Shown here piece by piece: positions 1-8,114 of a stretch of 32,000 nt of DNA. The position numbers were made by a program, and so were the translations under genes. The DNA is taken from assembly GCF_009617585.1 (NCBI RefSeq), contig NZ_WIXI01000038.1, forward strand, positions 70,162-102,161. Reading direction: 5' to 3'. Origin of the DNA: Endobacterium cereale. Its GTDB lineage: Bacteria; Pseudomonadota; Alphaproteobacteria; Rhizobiales; Rhizobiaceae. The number at the start of each line of letters is the position of its first letter. Within the stretch, counting starts at the first letter, position 1. Under the pieces are notes generated by a model. The model was not told the DNA's origin. It made no database searches and worked only from the letters and a program-made list of their open reading frames with translations.

Positions 1-2302
1 TCGGCCGGTCATACTGGCTGAACGCCGTCTGCTTGGTCGGATTATCGACCGCGTTGTAACGAACGACATTGGAGATCAGCAGGGCGTTGGCCAGACCATG
101 CGGCAGATGGAATTCGGCGCCGATCTTATGCGCCATCGAATGGCAGACACCGAGGAAGGCATTGGCAAAGGCAATGCCGGCAAGCGTGGAGGCATTGTGA
201 ACCTGCTCTCGCGCCTTCGGGTCTTGCGCTCCGTTCTTGTAGGCGGATGGCAGATAGTTCTTGAGCAGTTTCAGCGCCTGCAATCCCTGACCATCGGTAT
301 ATTCATTGGCCATGATCGAAACGTAGGATTCCAGCGCATGTGTGACAGCATCGATGCCGCCATGGGCCGTCAGCGATTTCGGCATGTCCATCACCAGATT
401 GGCATCTACGATCGCCATATGCGGTGTCAGTTCATAGTCTGCGATCGGATATTTGACGCCCGTAACCTCGTCGGTCACGACTGCAAACGGCGTGACTTCC
501 GAACCGGTGCCCGATGTCGTCGGAATGGCGACGAACATCGCCTTGCCGCCAAGTTTCGGGAAACGGTATATGCGCTTGCGAATATCCATGAAGCGCAGTG
601 CCAGATCGGCAAACTCCACCTCGGGATGTTCGTACATCACCCACATGATTTTTGCGGCATCCATCGGCGAGCCGCCGCCGAAGGCGAGGATCAGGTCCGG
701 CTGAAAGGCATTGGCCAGCGCCACGCTCTTGCGTACGACCGCAAGTGTCGGATCGGCACTGACTTCGAAGAAGACTTCTACTTCTAAACCGAGTCCCTTC
801 AGCATCCGCACTGTGTCGTTAACATTGCCGTTTTCGAACAGAAAACGGTCGGTAACGATCAGGCAGCGTTTCCTGTCCTTCAGGTCATCCAGTGCGAAGG
901 GAAGGCTGCCCCGGCGGAAATAGATCGAAGGCGGCAGCTTGTGCCACAGCATGTTTTCCGCACGCATGGCGACTGTCTTCTTGTTGATCAAATGCTGCGG
1001 ACCGACATTTTCCGAAATCGAATTGCCGCCCCATGAACCGCAGCCCAATGTGAGCGACGGCGCCAGCCGGAAATTGTAGAGGTCGCCGATGCCGCCTTGC
1101 GAAGCCGGCGAATTGATCAGGATACGCGCCGTCTTCATCTTCGCGCCAAAGGCTGTCACGCGCTCGGGCTGAAGATCCTGATCGGTATAAAGCACGCTGG
1201 TATGGCCGATGCCGCCAAGCGCTACCAGCGCTTCCGCCTTCTCGCAGGCATCGTCAAAGTTCTTGGCCTTGTACATGGCAAGTGTCGGCGAAAGCTTTTC
1301 GTGGGCGAAAGCCTCGCTTTCATCGGTGGCCTCCACCTCGGCGATCAGCACCTTGGTGTCGTTTGGCACTTGAAAACCTGCCATGTCGGCAATTTTTCGC
1401 GCGGACTGGCCGACGATGCCGGCATTAAGTGAGCCATTCTTGAGGATCAGATCCTTGACCGCGCCGGCTTCGTTGCTGGACAGGACATAACCGCCATGGC
1501 TGCGGAAACGCTCACGCACGGCATTGTAGACCTGATCGACAACGATGACCGATTGCTCAGAGGCGCAGATGACGCCGTTATCAAAGGTCTTCGACATCAG
1601 GATCGAGGCAACCGCCCGTTTGATATCGGCAAACTCGTCGATCACCGCAGGCGTATTGCCAGCACCGACACCAATAGCCGGCTTGCCCGACGAATAGGCC
1701 GCCTTCACCATGCCGGGGCCGCCGGTTGCGAGGATCAGGTTGATATCCGCATGCCCCATCAGCGCATTGGAAAGCTCGACGCTCGGTTCATCGATCCAGC
1801 CGATGATGTCTTTTGGCGCGCCGGCCTTCACTGCGGCCTCAAGAACCAGCCGCGCCGCCTCGCATGTCGAGCATTTGGCACGCGGGTGAGGAGAAAAGAT
1901 GATGCCGTTGCGGGTTTTGAGCGCGATCAATGCCTTGAAAATGGCGGTCGAGGTCGGATTGGTGGTCGGCACGATCGCGCAGATCAGGCCGATCGGTTCG
2001 GCAATGGTCTGGATACCGTATTCTGGCTCTTCGGAAAGCACGCCGCAGGTGCGGTCGTCCTTGTATTTGTTGTAAATATATTCGGAAGCGAAGTGGTTTT
2101 TCACCACCTTGTCCTCCATCACGCCCATGCCGGTTTCCTCAACCGCCATCTTGGCGAGAGGAATACGCGAATTGGCGATGGCCAAAGCCGCGCTCCTGAA
2201 AATTTCGTCCACCTGCTCCTGGGAAAAGCCGGCATAGATTTTCTGGGCAGCCGTTACCCGGGCAACAAGTTCATTGAGCTTTACGAGAGAATTGATCGAC
2301 AT
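1..2302 (-). CDS. adhE: bifunctional acetaldehyde-CoA/alcohol dehydrogenase AdhE (first 767 codons; 3' end runs off the left window edge)
   Basis: Absent from the ORF track because it is open at the window edge. Manual minus-strand translation from the ATG (complement of 2300-2302) gives MSINSLVKLNELVARVTAAQKIYAGFSQEQVDEIF...IPLAKMAVEETGMGV. The codons at the window start read ...EFHLPHGLANALLISNVVRYNAVDNPTKQTAFSQYDRP. Both stretches closely match my memory of enterobacterial AdhE. Plus-strand ORFs 98-787, 1097-1432 and 1496-2362 are antisense shadows. Confidence 0.9.
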   Translation of the reverse strand, partial: MSINSLVKLNELVARVTAAQKIYAGFSQEQVDEIFRSAALAIANSRIPLAKMAVEETGMGVMEDKVVKNHFASEYIYNKYKDDRTCGVLSEEPEYGIQTIAEPIGLICAIVPTTNPTSTAIFKALIALKTRNGIIFSPHPRAKCSTCEAARLVLEAAVKAGAPKDIIGWIDEPSVELSNALMGHADINLILATGGPGMVKAAYSSGKPAIGVGAGNTPAVIDEFADIKRAVASILMSKTFDNGVICASEQSVIVVDQVYNAVRERFRSHGGYVLSSNEAGAVKDLILKNGSLNAGIVGQSARKIADMAGFQVPNDTKVLIAEVEATDESEAFAHEKLSPTLAMYKAKNFDDACEKAEALVALGGIGHTSVLYTDQDLQPERVTAFGAKMKTARILINSPASQGGIGDLYNFRLAPSLTLGCGSWGGNSISENVGPQHLINKKTVAMRAENMLWHKLPPSIYFRRGSLPFALDDLKDRKRCLIVTDRFLFENGNVNDTVRMLKGLGLEVEVFFEVSADPTLAVVRKSVALANAFQPDLILAFGGGSPMDAAKIMWVMYEHPEVEFADLALRFMDIRKRIYRFPKLGGKAMFVAIPTTSGTGSEVTPFAVVTDEVTGVKYPIADYELTPHMAIVDANLVMDMPKSLTAHGGIDAVTHALESYVSIMANEYTDGQGLQALKLLKNYLPSAYKNGAQDPKAREQVHNASTLAGIAFANAFLGVCHSMAHKIGAEFHLPHGLANALLISNVVRYNAVDNPTKQTAFSQYDRP

Positions 2303-2373
2303 GATGGTTCATTCCCGCTGTCATTGAGGCGCATCCTTGACGGGAAATCTGAACCTGAATGAAACCGGCCGCC

Positions 2374-2387
2374 TTGATCTAGGTCGA
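2374..2387. promoter_or_regulatory. possible FNR/FixK-type box (TTGA-N6-TCGA) upstream of adhE
   Basis: TTGATCTAGGTCGA lies about 72-85 nt upstream of the adhE ATG. It has one mismatch to the TTGA-N6-TCAA consensus. Motif only, no further support. Confidence 0.25.
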
Positions 2388-2494
2388 CTTTGCAATCTCC
2401 CACAAAGGCGCCAAGGCAACCATTTTGCGGCATGATGGAAAATGACAACGAGATGAGCCGTTGAACATTCGCGACGTTTTTCAGCAGACGGTTT

Positions 2495-3130
2495 TTATGT
2501 CGGGGAAACGGAAGGCCCGATCTTCGCATTGACGAACACGTCGTATCGCGTGCTTTTGCCAGTAATCTGATGAGACGGTTTACGCACGCCCGGCATTGGA
2601 TCGGCCCGTAGCGGCCATTTCAGCACGACACGGTTTTGAGCCGCCTCAAGTGCTACCTGCAAAAGTCTTGCTGAATCGGGATCAGTACCGACGATATCCC
2701 GGATCAGTCGCATTTCCTTCTTCACCAACGCCGTTTTGTCACGCGGTGGATGCATGGGATCTATCAGAACCACCTGCGGGTTCAATTGTGGCAGCAGATC
2801 GCAGGAATCACCCTGGATCAATGTCATGCGCGCGACGGTTTCCGCATGGCGCCCACCTTCCGCCCGCGCCCGCTCCAGCCCCTCGGCCAGCAGCGCATGC
2901 ATGATTTCGGAACGCTCGATCAGCGTCACACGCGCACCGAGCGCAGCCAGAAAAAATGCATCCCGGCCGAGACCAGCCGTGGCATCGACAATATCGGGCG
3001 TGACACCGCTCGAAAAACCCGCAGCTTTCGCCAGGGGTTGGCCACGTCCCTCGCCCGACCGAAAACGATGGCCGACAGCACCGCCGACAAAATCGACAAC
3101 AAGGGACGATTTTTCGAATTTTTGTGCCAT
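2495..3130 (-). CDS. rsmJ: 16S rRNA (guanine1516-N2)-methyltransferase RsmJ-like SAM-dependent methyltransferase
   Basis: 211-aa ORF. The SAM-binding stretch IVDATAGLGRDAFFLAALGARVTLIERS resembles the RsmJ/YhiQ signature. It starts 9 nt downstream of rluA on the same strand. Confidence 0.75.
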   Translation of the reverse strand: MAQKFEKSSLVVDFVGGAVGHRFRSGEGRGQPLAKAAGFSSGVTPDIVDATAGLGRDAFFLAALGARVTLIERSEIMHALLAEGLERARAEGGRHAETVARMTLIQGDSCDLLPQLNPQVVLIDPMHPPRDKTALVKKEMRLIRDIVGTDPDSARLLQVALEAAQNRVVLKWPLRADPMPGVRKPSHQITGKSTRYDVFVNAKIGPSVSPT

Positions 3131-3139
3131 CGTTCAGTC

Positions 3140-3808
3140 TCAAAAGGGTACGGGAGCAGTGAAGGTGACATCCGAACCGTTCGGATGTCGGAAGGTCAAT
3201 TGCTCGGCATGGAGCAAAAGGCGGTCTGCAGCCGAAAGCGCGTCGCCATCAGCATAAAACTCATCTCCAAGGATGACATGGCCGATCGCCTTCATATGCA
3301 CGCGCAACTGATGCGTTCGGCCGGTCATGGGAAACAGCCGCAGCCGTGTCGTATTTTCACGGTACTCGATCACCTGCCAGCGTGTTTGCGCCGGCTTACC
3401 GTGCTCACTGTCCACCCGGTGCCGCGGCTTGTTGTCGGGGTCGATGGCCAAAGGCAGGTCGATCATGCCTTCCGCATCCGCCACCCGTCCCCAAACCTCC
3501 GCCACATAGGATTTTTCCGTGCTGCGCGCCTCGAATTGGGCGGCAACAAAAGCATGGGCCTTGCGATTGCGCGACATCAGAACGACGCCGGATGTATCCT
3601 TGTCCAGCCGGTGAACGATTAACGCTTTCGGATACTCTTTTTGCACCCGCGTCAGCAGACTGTCCGATAGCGCAGGGTGGCGACCGGGTACAGACAAGAG
3701 ACCGCTTGGCTTGTCGAAAACAAGAAAATCCGCATCGCTATGAATCAGAGAAACATAGGGATCCATAGGCGGATGATAAATCGGAGCGATGTCTGAAAAC
3801 GCGTTCAT
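3140..3808 (-). CDS. rluA: RluA-family RNA pseudouridine synthase
   Basis: 222-aa ORF with KPSGLLSVPGR, the catalytic HRLDKDTSGVVL motif, and GRTHQLRVHM...LGD. Length and overall pattern resemble E. coli RluA. Confidence 0.85.
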   Translation of the reverse strand: MNAFSDIAPIYHPPMDPYVSLIHSDADFLVFDKPSGLLSVPGRHPALSDSLLTRVQKEYPKALIVHRLDKDTSGVVLMSRNRKAHAFVAAQFEARSTEKSYVAEVWGRVADAEGMIDLPLAIDPDNKPRHRVDSEHGKPAQTRWQVIEYRENTTRLRLFPMTGRTHQLRVHMKAIGHVILGDEFYADGDALSAADRLLLHAEQLTFRHPNGSDVTFTAPVPF

Positions 3809-3881
3809 GGCAATCGTCTAGCATAATTCCTGCCACGCGGGAGGTTTTTGCAAACGGCTTTCGCGCTGTAACCGCGCTCGA

Positions 3882-4637
3882 TCACATCAACGAAATCCGG
3901 AGCCTTTCAGCCGCGTCCGTCAGCAAGGGCAGCACTTCCTCGATCATCTGCGTCAGAGACATATGGGCCGCAGGCGCTCCAACATTCAAAGCGGCGATCG
4001 TTTCGCCACGCCTGTTTTTCAGCGGCACCGCGATCGAGCGTAATCCGAGTTCCAGTTCCTGATCAATCACCGCATAACCCTGCTGCCTGACGCGACCGAG
4101 CTCCACGATGATCTCGTCGATATCCGTCAAAGTACGATCGGTATTGGCCCGCAGTGCTGTCCTTGCCAGCAGTTGGCGCACCGGTTCGTCTGCCATGGCG
4201 GCGAGCAGCACCCGTCCCATGGAAGAACAATAAGCCGGCAAACGACTGCCGGGCGTGAGATTGATCGACATGACGCGTCGCTGCGATGCGCGTGCGATAT
4301 AGACAACCTGGATGTCATCGAGCACCGAGGCTGACGAGCTTTGGCCCGTTTTTTCAGCCAGATGATCGAGATGCGGTTGCAGCAATGCTGGCAGGGGCGT
4401 TGCCGACAAATAGGCATGTCCAAGACGCAGGATACGCGGTGTCAGCGAAAAAAACTTGCCGTCGTAATCGGCATACTGAAGCTCCACCAGTGTCAGTAGA
4501 GACCGCCGCACGGTGGCACGGTCGAGTCCTGTCTTCTTTGCGACTTCGGCAATAGAAAGGCGTCGGTCACCGTCTTCAAATGCCTCGATGACGCGCAGGC
4601 CTTTAGCAAAACCGTTGACGAAATCCGTTTCCTTCAC
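3882..4637 (-). CDS. pcaR: IclR-family transcriptional regulator of the beta-ketoadipate genes (PcaR-like)
   Basis: 251-aa ORF with a GTG start. It has an N-terminal wHTH (LSIAEVAKKTGLDRATVRRSLLTL) and an IclR effector domain. It is divergent from pcaIJF. Confidence 0.8.
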   Translation of the reverse strand: MKETDFVNGFAKGLRVIEAFEDGDRRLSIAEVAKKTGLDRATVRRSLLTLVELQYADYDGKFFSLTPRILRLGHAYLSATPLPALLQPHLDHLAEKTGQSSSASVLDDIQVVYIARASQRRVMSINLTPGSRLPAYCSSMGRVLLAAMADEPVRQLLARTALRANTDRTLTDIDEIIVELGRVRQQGYAVIDQELELGLRSIAVPLKNRRGETIAALNVGAPAAHMSLTQMIEEVLPLLTDAAERLRISLM

Positions 4638-4661
4638 CAGCCATCACCCCTTGCCAGATTT

Positions 4662-4694
4662 GTGCGATATACAAACAAAAATCAATTAACGCAC
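4662..4694. promoter_or_regulatory. inverted repeat GTGCG-N23-CGCAC in the pcaR/pcaI divergent intergenic region (candidate PcaR operator)
   Basis: gtgcgata (4662-4669) and ttaacgcac (4686-4694) are inverted copies. The location is right for an IclR-type operator. No experimental consensus was checked. Confidence 0.25.
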
Positions 4695-4783
4695 ATAATA
4701 CGTTGCTGCAAGAGATACGATCGGCTCTATTGGGTATTGAGGAGATGCTGACGACAGTCAGCCCAAGGTGAGGAACAGGCTTC

Positions 4784-5506
4784 ATGGACAAGAGATCGGC
4801 GAATGCCGCTGAGGCTATCTCCGCCATCGAGGATGGCGCGGTGGTGATGATCGGCGGTTTTGGCGGCTCAGGCGCGCCGATTGAACTCATTCATGCATTG
4901 ATCGACAAGCGGCCTAGAAATCTCACCGTGATCAATAACAATGCCGGTAACGGCAGGATCGGCATTGCCGCGATGATCGATGCGGGCATGGTCGCCAAGA
5001 TGATCTGTTCATTCCCGAAATCATCCGATCCTCGCGCTTTTACCGAGAAATATCTTGCCGGCGAAATCGCGCTGGAACTGGTACCGCAGGGCACGCTAGC
5101 CGAACGGATCCGCGCAGGCGGCGCCGGCATTCCGGCCTTCTATACGCCGACCGCATACGGAACAGAACTGGCCGAAGGCAAGCCGATTGCCGAGTTCGAT
5201 GGCCGCCCTTACGTTCAGGAGCGTTGGCTGAAAGCCGATTTCGCGATCATCAAGGCCGATAGCGGAGATACGCACGGCAATCTTACCTACAACAAGGCCG
5301 CGCGTAACTTTAACCCGTTGATGTGCATGGCCGCAGCACGGACGATCGTTCAGGTTTCCAGATTGGTCGAGGCCGGCGGCATCGATCCGGAGCATGTCGT
5401 CACACCGGGAATTTTCGTCGATCGACTGGTGCAGGTGCCGAACCCGCAGCAGGAAGAGGCAATGATCCGCGCCGGCATGCAATATGAGGGAGGAATTTAC
5501 CCATGA
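4784..5506 (+). CDS. pcaI: 3-oxoadipate CoA-transferase subunit A
   Basis: 240-aa ORF with the CoA-transferase family I alpha-subunit pattern (GAVVMIGGFGGSGAPIELIHAL, ...GTLAERIRAGGAGIPAFYTPT). It overlaps pcaJ by 4 nt. Confidence 0.9.
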   Translation: MDKRSANAAEAISAIEDGAVVMIGGFGGSGAPIELIHALIDKRPRNLTVINNNAGNGRIGIAAMIDAGMVAKMICSFPKSSDPRAFTEKYLAGEIALELVPQGTLAERIRAGGAGIPAFYTPTAYGTELAEGKPIAEFDGRPYVQERWLKADFAIIKADSGDTHGNLTYNKAARNFNPLMCMAAARTIVQVSRLVEAGGIDPEHVVTPGIFVDRLVQVPNPQQEEAMIRAGMQYEGGIYP

Positions 5507-6201
5507 GTTCCGCACTTCCCACCATGACGGAGGATGCAAAACTTTCCAGCGCCCAGATGGCGTGGAGGGCAGCGCAGGATATTCGGGATGGCGCCTATGT
5601 GAACCTCGGTATCGGCTTTCCTGAAATGGTCGCGCGTTATCAGCCACCGGGCCGTCAGGCGATTTTTCACACTGAAAACGGCATCCTGGACTTTGGCGAT
5701 GCACCAGAACCAGGCAAGGAAGATTGGGACCTGATCAACGCCGGCAAGAAAGCTGTGACACTGAAACCGGGTGCCGCTTTTTTCCACCACGCCGACAGTT
5801 TTGCCATGGTACGCGGCGGACATCTCGATGTGGCGATCCTCGGCGCGCTGCAAGTGTCGGAACACGGCGATCTCGCCAACTGGCGGGTCGGCTCGAAAGG
5901 TGTTCCGGCTGTCGGCGGCGCGATGGATCTGGTGCATGGCGCCAAACAGGTCTGCGTCATCACCGAGCATGTCACCAAGACCGGTGAACCCAAGCTTGTC
6001 GAAAAATGCACGTTTCCATTGACCGGTGTCGCGTGCATTACCCGGATTTATACCAGTTTTGCCGTTATCGACATTACGGCAGGTCGTTTCGTGCTGCGCG
6101 AAAAACTGCCCGGCATGAGCATGGAGCAGTTGCAGGCGCAGACTGGCGCAAAACTTCATATCGAAGAGCCGGTCGGCGATCTCGTCACGCCCGCCCTTTG
6201 A
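5503..6201 (+). CDS. pcaJ: 3-oxoadipate CoA-transferase subunit B
   Basis: 232-aa ORF with the beta-subunit pattern, including the SENG-like active-site region (FHTENGILDFG). It is translationally coupled to pcaI. Confidence 0.9.
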   Translation: MSSALPTMTEDAKLSSAQMAWRAAQDIRDGAYVNLGIGFPEMVARYQPPGRQAIFHTENGILDFGDAPEPGKEDWDLINAGKKAVTLKPGAAFFHHADSFAMVRGGHLDVAILGALQVSEHGDLANWRVGSKGVPAVGGAMDLVHGAKQVCVITEHVTKTGEPKLVEKCTFPLTGVACITRIYTSFAVIDITAGRFVLREKLPGMSMEQLQAQTGAKLHIEEPVGDLVTPAL

Positions 6202-6258
6202 ATTTGCGACACCGCGCATCGTGTTAGAGTTCGGTCCCGTTGTGCCGAGGAGGATTTC

Positions 6259-7464
6259 ATGACTGATGCATTCATCTGCGATTACATCCGCACTCCGATC
6301 GGCCGTTTCGGCGGTTCACTATCCTCAGTGCGGGCCGATGATCTTGGAGCCATCCCGCTCAAGGCATTGATGGAGCGCAACGCTTCGATCGATTGGGATG
6401 CGGTTGGTGATGTCATTTATGGCTGCGCCAACCAGGCCGGTGAAGACAATCGCAATGTTGCCCGCATGTCGCTTTTGCTGGCCGGTCTGCCGGTGTCCGT
6501 CACCGGCACCACGATCAACCGGCTGTGCGGTTCCGGCATGGATGCCGTTATCACCGCCGCCCGTGCCATCAAAGCCGGCGAGGCGGAACTGATGATTGCC
6601 GGCGGGGTGGAAAGCATGAGCCGCGCGCCCTTTGTGATGCCGAAGGCCGAGACCGCCTTTTCGCGCAATGCGGAGATATATGACACGACGATAGGCTGGC
6701 GTTTCGCCAACCCGCGCATGCAAAAGCAATACGGCATCGATTCCATGCCGGAAACCGGCGAAAACGTTGCCGAAGACTACCATATATCTCGTGAAGATCA
6801 GGACGTGTTCGCGCTTCGTTCCCAGAGCAAGGCGGCCGCGGCGCAGGAAAACGGTCGCCTGGCACGGGAAATCACCGCTGTGACCATTCCGCAGCGCAAG
6901 GGCGATCCGGTCCTTGTGTCAAAAGATGAGCATCCTCGCGCCACTACGATCGAGGCATTGGCAAAACTCGGTACCCCGTTCAGACAGGCAGGCGGCACGG
7001 TGACGGCCGGTAATGCCTCGGGCGTGAACGATGGTGCCGCCGCCCTGATTGTTGCTTCGGAAGCCGCCGCAAGGAAATTTGGCCTCACGCCCATCGCGCG
7101 TATCATGGCCGGAGCCACGGCCGGCGTTGCGCCCCGAGTCATGGGCATCGGCCCGGCACCCGCCTCGAAAAAGCTGATGGCACTGCTTAACATGCGGCAA
7201 GAGCAGTTCAATGTGATCGAACTCAACGAAGCCTTTGCCTCGCAGGGTCTGGCGACCTTGCGTGAACTTGGCATTGCCGACGACGACACCCGCGTCAACA
7301 TCAACGGCGGCGCGATCGCGCTTGGGCACCCGCTCGGCATGTCAGGCACCCGCATTACCGGCACCGCCTCACTCGAACTGTCGCTTAGCGGTGGCCGCTA
7401 CGCGCTTGCCACGATGTGCATCGGTGTCGGGCAGGGTATTGCGGTGGCACTCGAGCGTGTCTGA
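6259..7464 (+). CDS. pcaF: 3-oxoadipyl-CoA thiolase (beta-ketoadipyl-CoA thiolase)
   Basis: 401-aa thiolase with the active-site Cys context INRLCGSGMDAV and C-terminal NINGGAIALGHPLGMSG...MCIGVGQG. It sits directly after pcaIJ. Confidence 0.9.
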   Translation: MTDAFICDYIRTPIGRFGGSLSSVRADDLGAIPLKALMERNASIDWDAVGDVIYGCANQAGEDNRNVARMSLLLAGLPVSVTGTTINRLCGSGMDAVITAARAIKAGEAELMIAGGVESMSRAPFVMPKAETAFSRNAEIYDTTIGWRFANPRMQKQYGIDSMPETGENVAEDYHISREDQDVFALRSQSKAAAAQENGRLAREITAVTIPQRKGDPVLVSKDEHPRATTIEALAKLGTPFRQAGGTVTAGNASGVNDGAAALIVASEAAARKFGLTPIARIMAGATAGVAPRVMGIGPAPASKKLMALLNMRQEQFNVIELNEAFASQGLATLRELGIADDDTRVNINGGAIALGHPLGMSGTRITGTASLELSLSGGRYALATMCIGVGQGIAVALERV

Positions 7465-7640
7465 CGCAATCAGCGCAAGGCCACTCTCCCCGCTCAGTCA
7501 CTCGCTCACTCGCTGGCTGACTGGCTGGCCGAAAAAGCCTTGGTTTCAAAGCGGAGCGACAATCCCTATATTGGCTGAATAAGCGGGAGGGGCGCTGCCA
7601 GCCGCTTGAATGTCTTGAATGCGGTGGCAAGGAGGCTTTG

Positions 7641-8057
7641 ATGCTGACGATTGGCGATTTATCCAAGACGACCGGCGTCAAGGTACCGACCATCCGCTAT
7701 TACGAGCAGATGGGGCTTCTGTCCCACAGCGAACGATCAGAGGGAAACCAGCGGCGATATTCGAAGGGGGAGCGCGAGCGCCTTTCCTTCATCAAGCACG
7801 CACGCGAACTGGGATTGACGATCGATGCCATCAGGGAACTGATCGATCTCAGCCAGCATCCGGAAAAACCTTGTGCCGAAGCCGACCGGATTGCCGCCCA
7901 ACAGCTGTTCACGGTTCGTGAAAAAATCGAACGGCTGAAGAAGCTGGAAGTGGAACTGGAACGGATCACAACCCATTGCCACAGCAATCATGTCCGCGAT
8001 TGCTACGTCATTCAGGCACTCGCAAACCACGATCTTTGCTCGACCGATCACGAATGA
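7641..8057 (+). CDS. MerR-family heavy-metal-responsive transcriptional regulator (ZntR/CadR-like)
   Basis: MLTIGDLSKTTGVKVPTIRYYEQMGLL is a MerR HTH. There is a coiled-coil dimerisation helix and C-terminal Cys/His ligand candidates (PC...HCHSNHVRDC...C). The RBS aaggagg lies 5 nt before the ATG at 7641; the ORF-track start at 7638 is a TTG one codon upstream. Confidence 0.85.
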   Translation: MLTIGDLSKTTGVKVPTIRYYEQMGLLSHSERSEGNQRRYSKGERERLSFIKHARELGLTIDAIRELIDLSQHPEKPCAEADRIAAQQLFTVREKIERLKKLEVELERITTHCHSNHVRDCYVIQALANHDLCSTDHE

Positions 8058-8066
8058 GAATGTTTG

Positions 8067-8093
8067 GAGGCGGACGCAAAAAGCGCCCACCTC
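8067..8093. terminator. imperfect GC-rich hairpin between the convergent MerR-family and ATPase genes (possible bidirectional terminator)
   Basis: gaggcggacgc / aaaaa loop / gcgcccacctc, with 9 of 11 positions pairing. It lies in the 57-nt gap between two convergent stop codons. Confidence 0.4.
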
Positions 8094-8114
8094 AATGCGT
8101 TTCAATATAGTGGA

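Noticed and set aside
98-2362. Plus-strand ORFs 98-787, 453-704, 1097-1432 and 1496-2362
   Set aside because: All lie antisense to the AdhE reading frame, which is open across the whole interval and strongly recognisable. They are shadow ORFs.
2750-3622. 290-aa plus-strand ORF spanning the rsmJ/rluA region, plus several other overlapping ORFs
   Set aside because: Antisense to two motif-supported genes, with no recognisable domains.
5497-6219. 240-aa minus-strand ORF
   Set aside because: Antisense shadow of pcaJ.
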